This document shows, piece after piece, positions 63,092-64,000 of a stretch of DNA of 64,000 nucleotides. The DNA lies in NCBI GenBank assembly GCA_003598015.1, contig QZKE01000021.1:10701-74700 (forward strand), given 5' to 3'. The DNA comes from Actinomycetota bacterium (GTDB lineage: Bacteria; Actinomycetota; Geothermincolia; Geothermincolales; RBG-13-55-18). How positions within the stretch are numbered: position 1 is the stretch's first letter; each line of letters begins with the position of its first letter. The notes beneath the pieces were generated by a model. The model was not told the origin of the DNA, ran no database searches, and worked only from the letters and a program-made list of their open reading frames with translations. The position numbers were made by a program, and so were the translations under genes.

Positions 63092-64000
63092 TCAAGCCTG
63101 GCCTGACCCCATCCTCGGTCTTCCGAAGGCGCGCGCGGTGATCTTGCGCTCCAGTACCAGGGCGGCGCCCCCCGGATCTGAGATAGTAAAATCTTCCATG
63201 TAGCGGTCGAGCTCCAGCTCACCCGCCCCGGCGGATCGCGCCGCACTTGTCGCCAGTTGTACGGCCTTTTCCTCCATCGTGTCGGTGGCGGAGGCGAGAT
63301 CGGGAAAATCGTAGCGCCCGTCGGATGCAAAGGCGCGGTAGGTCTCATCCGGCTGCCTGCGCACGATCACATCCTCGCGGTGGCTCACCACGCCGGCAAC
63401 GGCCCCCACCGCGTTGGCCACATCCATGAAGGGTGGGATCACGCACTCGCTGGAGAGAAAGGAGGCCACCGGAGCCAGGAAGAGGGCCGCGGGCGCCCCG
63501 GCCGCCAGGATAGGAGCCTTGAGCGACAGGTCAAGGCGCACGCCGCGCGAGTCACCGCCGTCCATCCACCTGTCCAGCAGGGCCCTGTCGCTGTCCTCCA
63601 GCTCGAGGAGGAAGATGAGCACCTGCCTGGCGATGATCTCGCGGGCCCTGTCCCTGACGTTCTCGATGAGTTCGTCGGGGGAAACCCCCACCAGCTTCCC
63701 CGCCGCTTCCACAGCGGAGCGCGAGAGAGAGACATCTCCCACCGCGCATGCGCCGGCGGCGTTGAAAATATCGGTGGGGGTCAGGGAGGCGCGCATGACC
63801 GCCCCCTGGTGCTCGAGGTTCATGAGGCGCAGGGAGACCTCGGGGTTAAGGTCAGATGTCTTGAGCTCGAGATGGGAGAGGGGCCCGCTCTCGAGCCTGC
63901 GCGCCAGTTCCACGTCGGAGTGGTCGCCTTCAGCCGTGTCTCCGTCCTCCACCCTGACCCAGAAGGTCATCATGTCCGGGACGGACCACCGGGAACGGGA
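63092..64000 (-). CDS. hydantoinase/oxoprolinase (ASKHA)-family protein, C-terminal part; probably continues beyond the window
   Basis: SLTPTDIFNAAG is typical of hydantoinase_A-type proteins. The frame stays open from ATG 63973 to the window edge at 64000. Confidence 0.5.
   Translation of the reverse strand, partial: SRSRWSVPDMMTFWVRVEDGDTAEGDHSDVELARRLESGPLSHLELKTSDLNPEVSLRLMNLEHQGAVMRASLTPTDIFNAAGACAVGDVSLSRSAVEAAGKLVGVSPDELIENVRDRAREIIARQVLIFLLELEDSDRALLDRWMDGGDSRGVRLDLSLKAPILAAGAPAALFLAPVASFLSSECVIPPFMDVANAVGAVAGVVSHREDVIVRRQPDETYRAFASDGRYDFPDLASATDTMEEKAVQLATSAARSAGAGELELDRYMEDFTISDPGGAALVLERKITARAFGRPRMGSGQA

Overview
GC-rich (about 60% by eye) bacterial chromosome segment. It is densely coding, with GGAGG-type ribosome-binding sites and many ATGA/GTGA start-stop overlaps. 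I found no rRNA, tRNA, CRISPR array, transposase or integrase.

Gene content by block:
- 1-3234: the tail of a 2-oxoacid:ferredoxin oxidoreductase gene, followed at 4-nt spacing by a NuoE/NuoF/HoxU-like flavin/Fe-S trio with no catalytic partner in view.
- 3292-6580: katG and an NTF2-like protein.
- 6.8-29 kb: two regulator-headed catabolic operons. The first is IclR-headed and encodes a cyclase-family hydrolase, cupin, SDR, 3-hydroxyacyl dehydrogenase, SCP2 protein, an AprAB-like ferredoxin/flavoprotein pair and a DAPG/phloretin-hydrolase-like protein. The second has a divergent MerR-TetR fusion regulator and encodes a BbsAB-type thiolase/DUF35 pair, crotonase, acyl-CoA dehydrogenase, CoA ligase, Fe-S OYE, amidohydrolase, alpha/beta hydrolase, an AbfD-type dehydratase and an AGPS-like flavoenzyme.
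- 30.6-36 kb: a P-type ATPase and an 832-aa secreted protein (7-blade propeller plus four copies of a YFAEG...ERPMYF module).
- 37-42 kb: acyl-CoA ligase, an orphan class-I HMG-CoA reductase, pfkA and fbaB.
- 42-44 kb: a DUF2177-DUF1295-PlsC membrane operon.
- 44-64 kb: mixed hydrolases, regulators, lipoproteins, a stress cluster, and a CrtI-like / amidohydrolase / SDR / acyltransferase / C45 neighbourhood.

Most notable observations:
- An AhpD/CMD-family gene is split in the ORF track by an in-frame TGA that falls exactly on the second Cys of the CxxCxxxH redox motif. This makes it a candidate selenoprotein.
- The IclR operon looks like a variant anaerobic (acyl)phloroglucinol/dihydrochalcone pathway with unexplained AprAB-like, SCP2 and cupin components.
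- A 31-nt motif is shared upstream of katG and fbaB.
- Four gene remnants indicate ongoing decay of catabolic genes.
- A long imperfect palindromic element lies upstream of the C45 gene.

All family calls come from reading motifs by eye. No searches were run.
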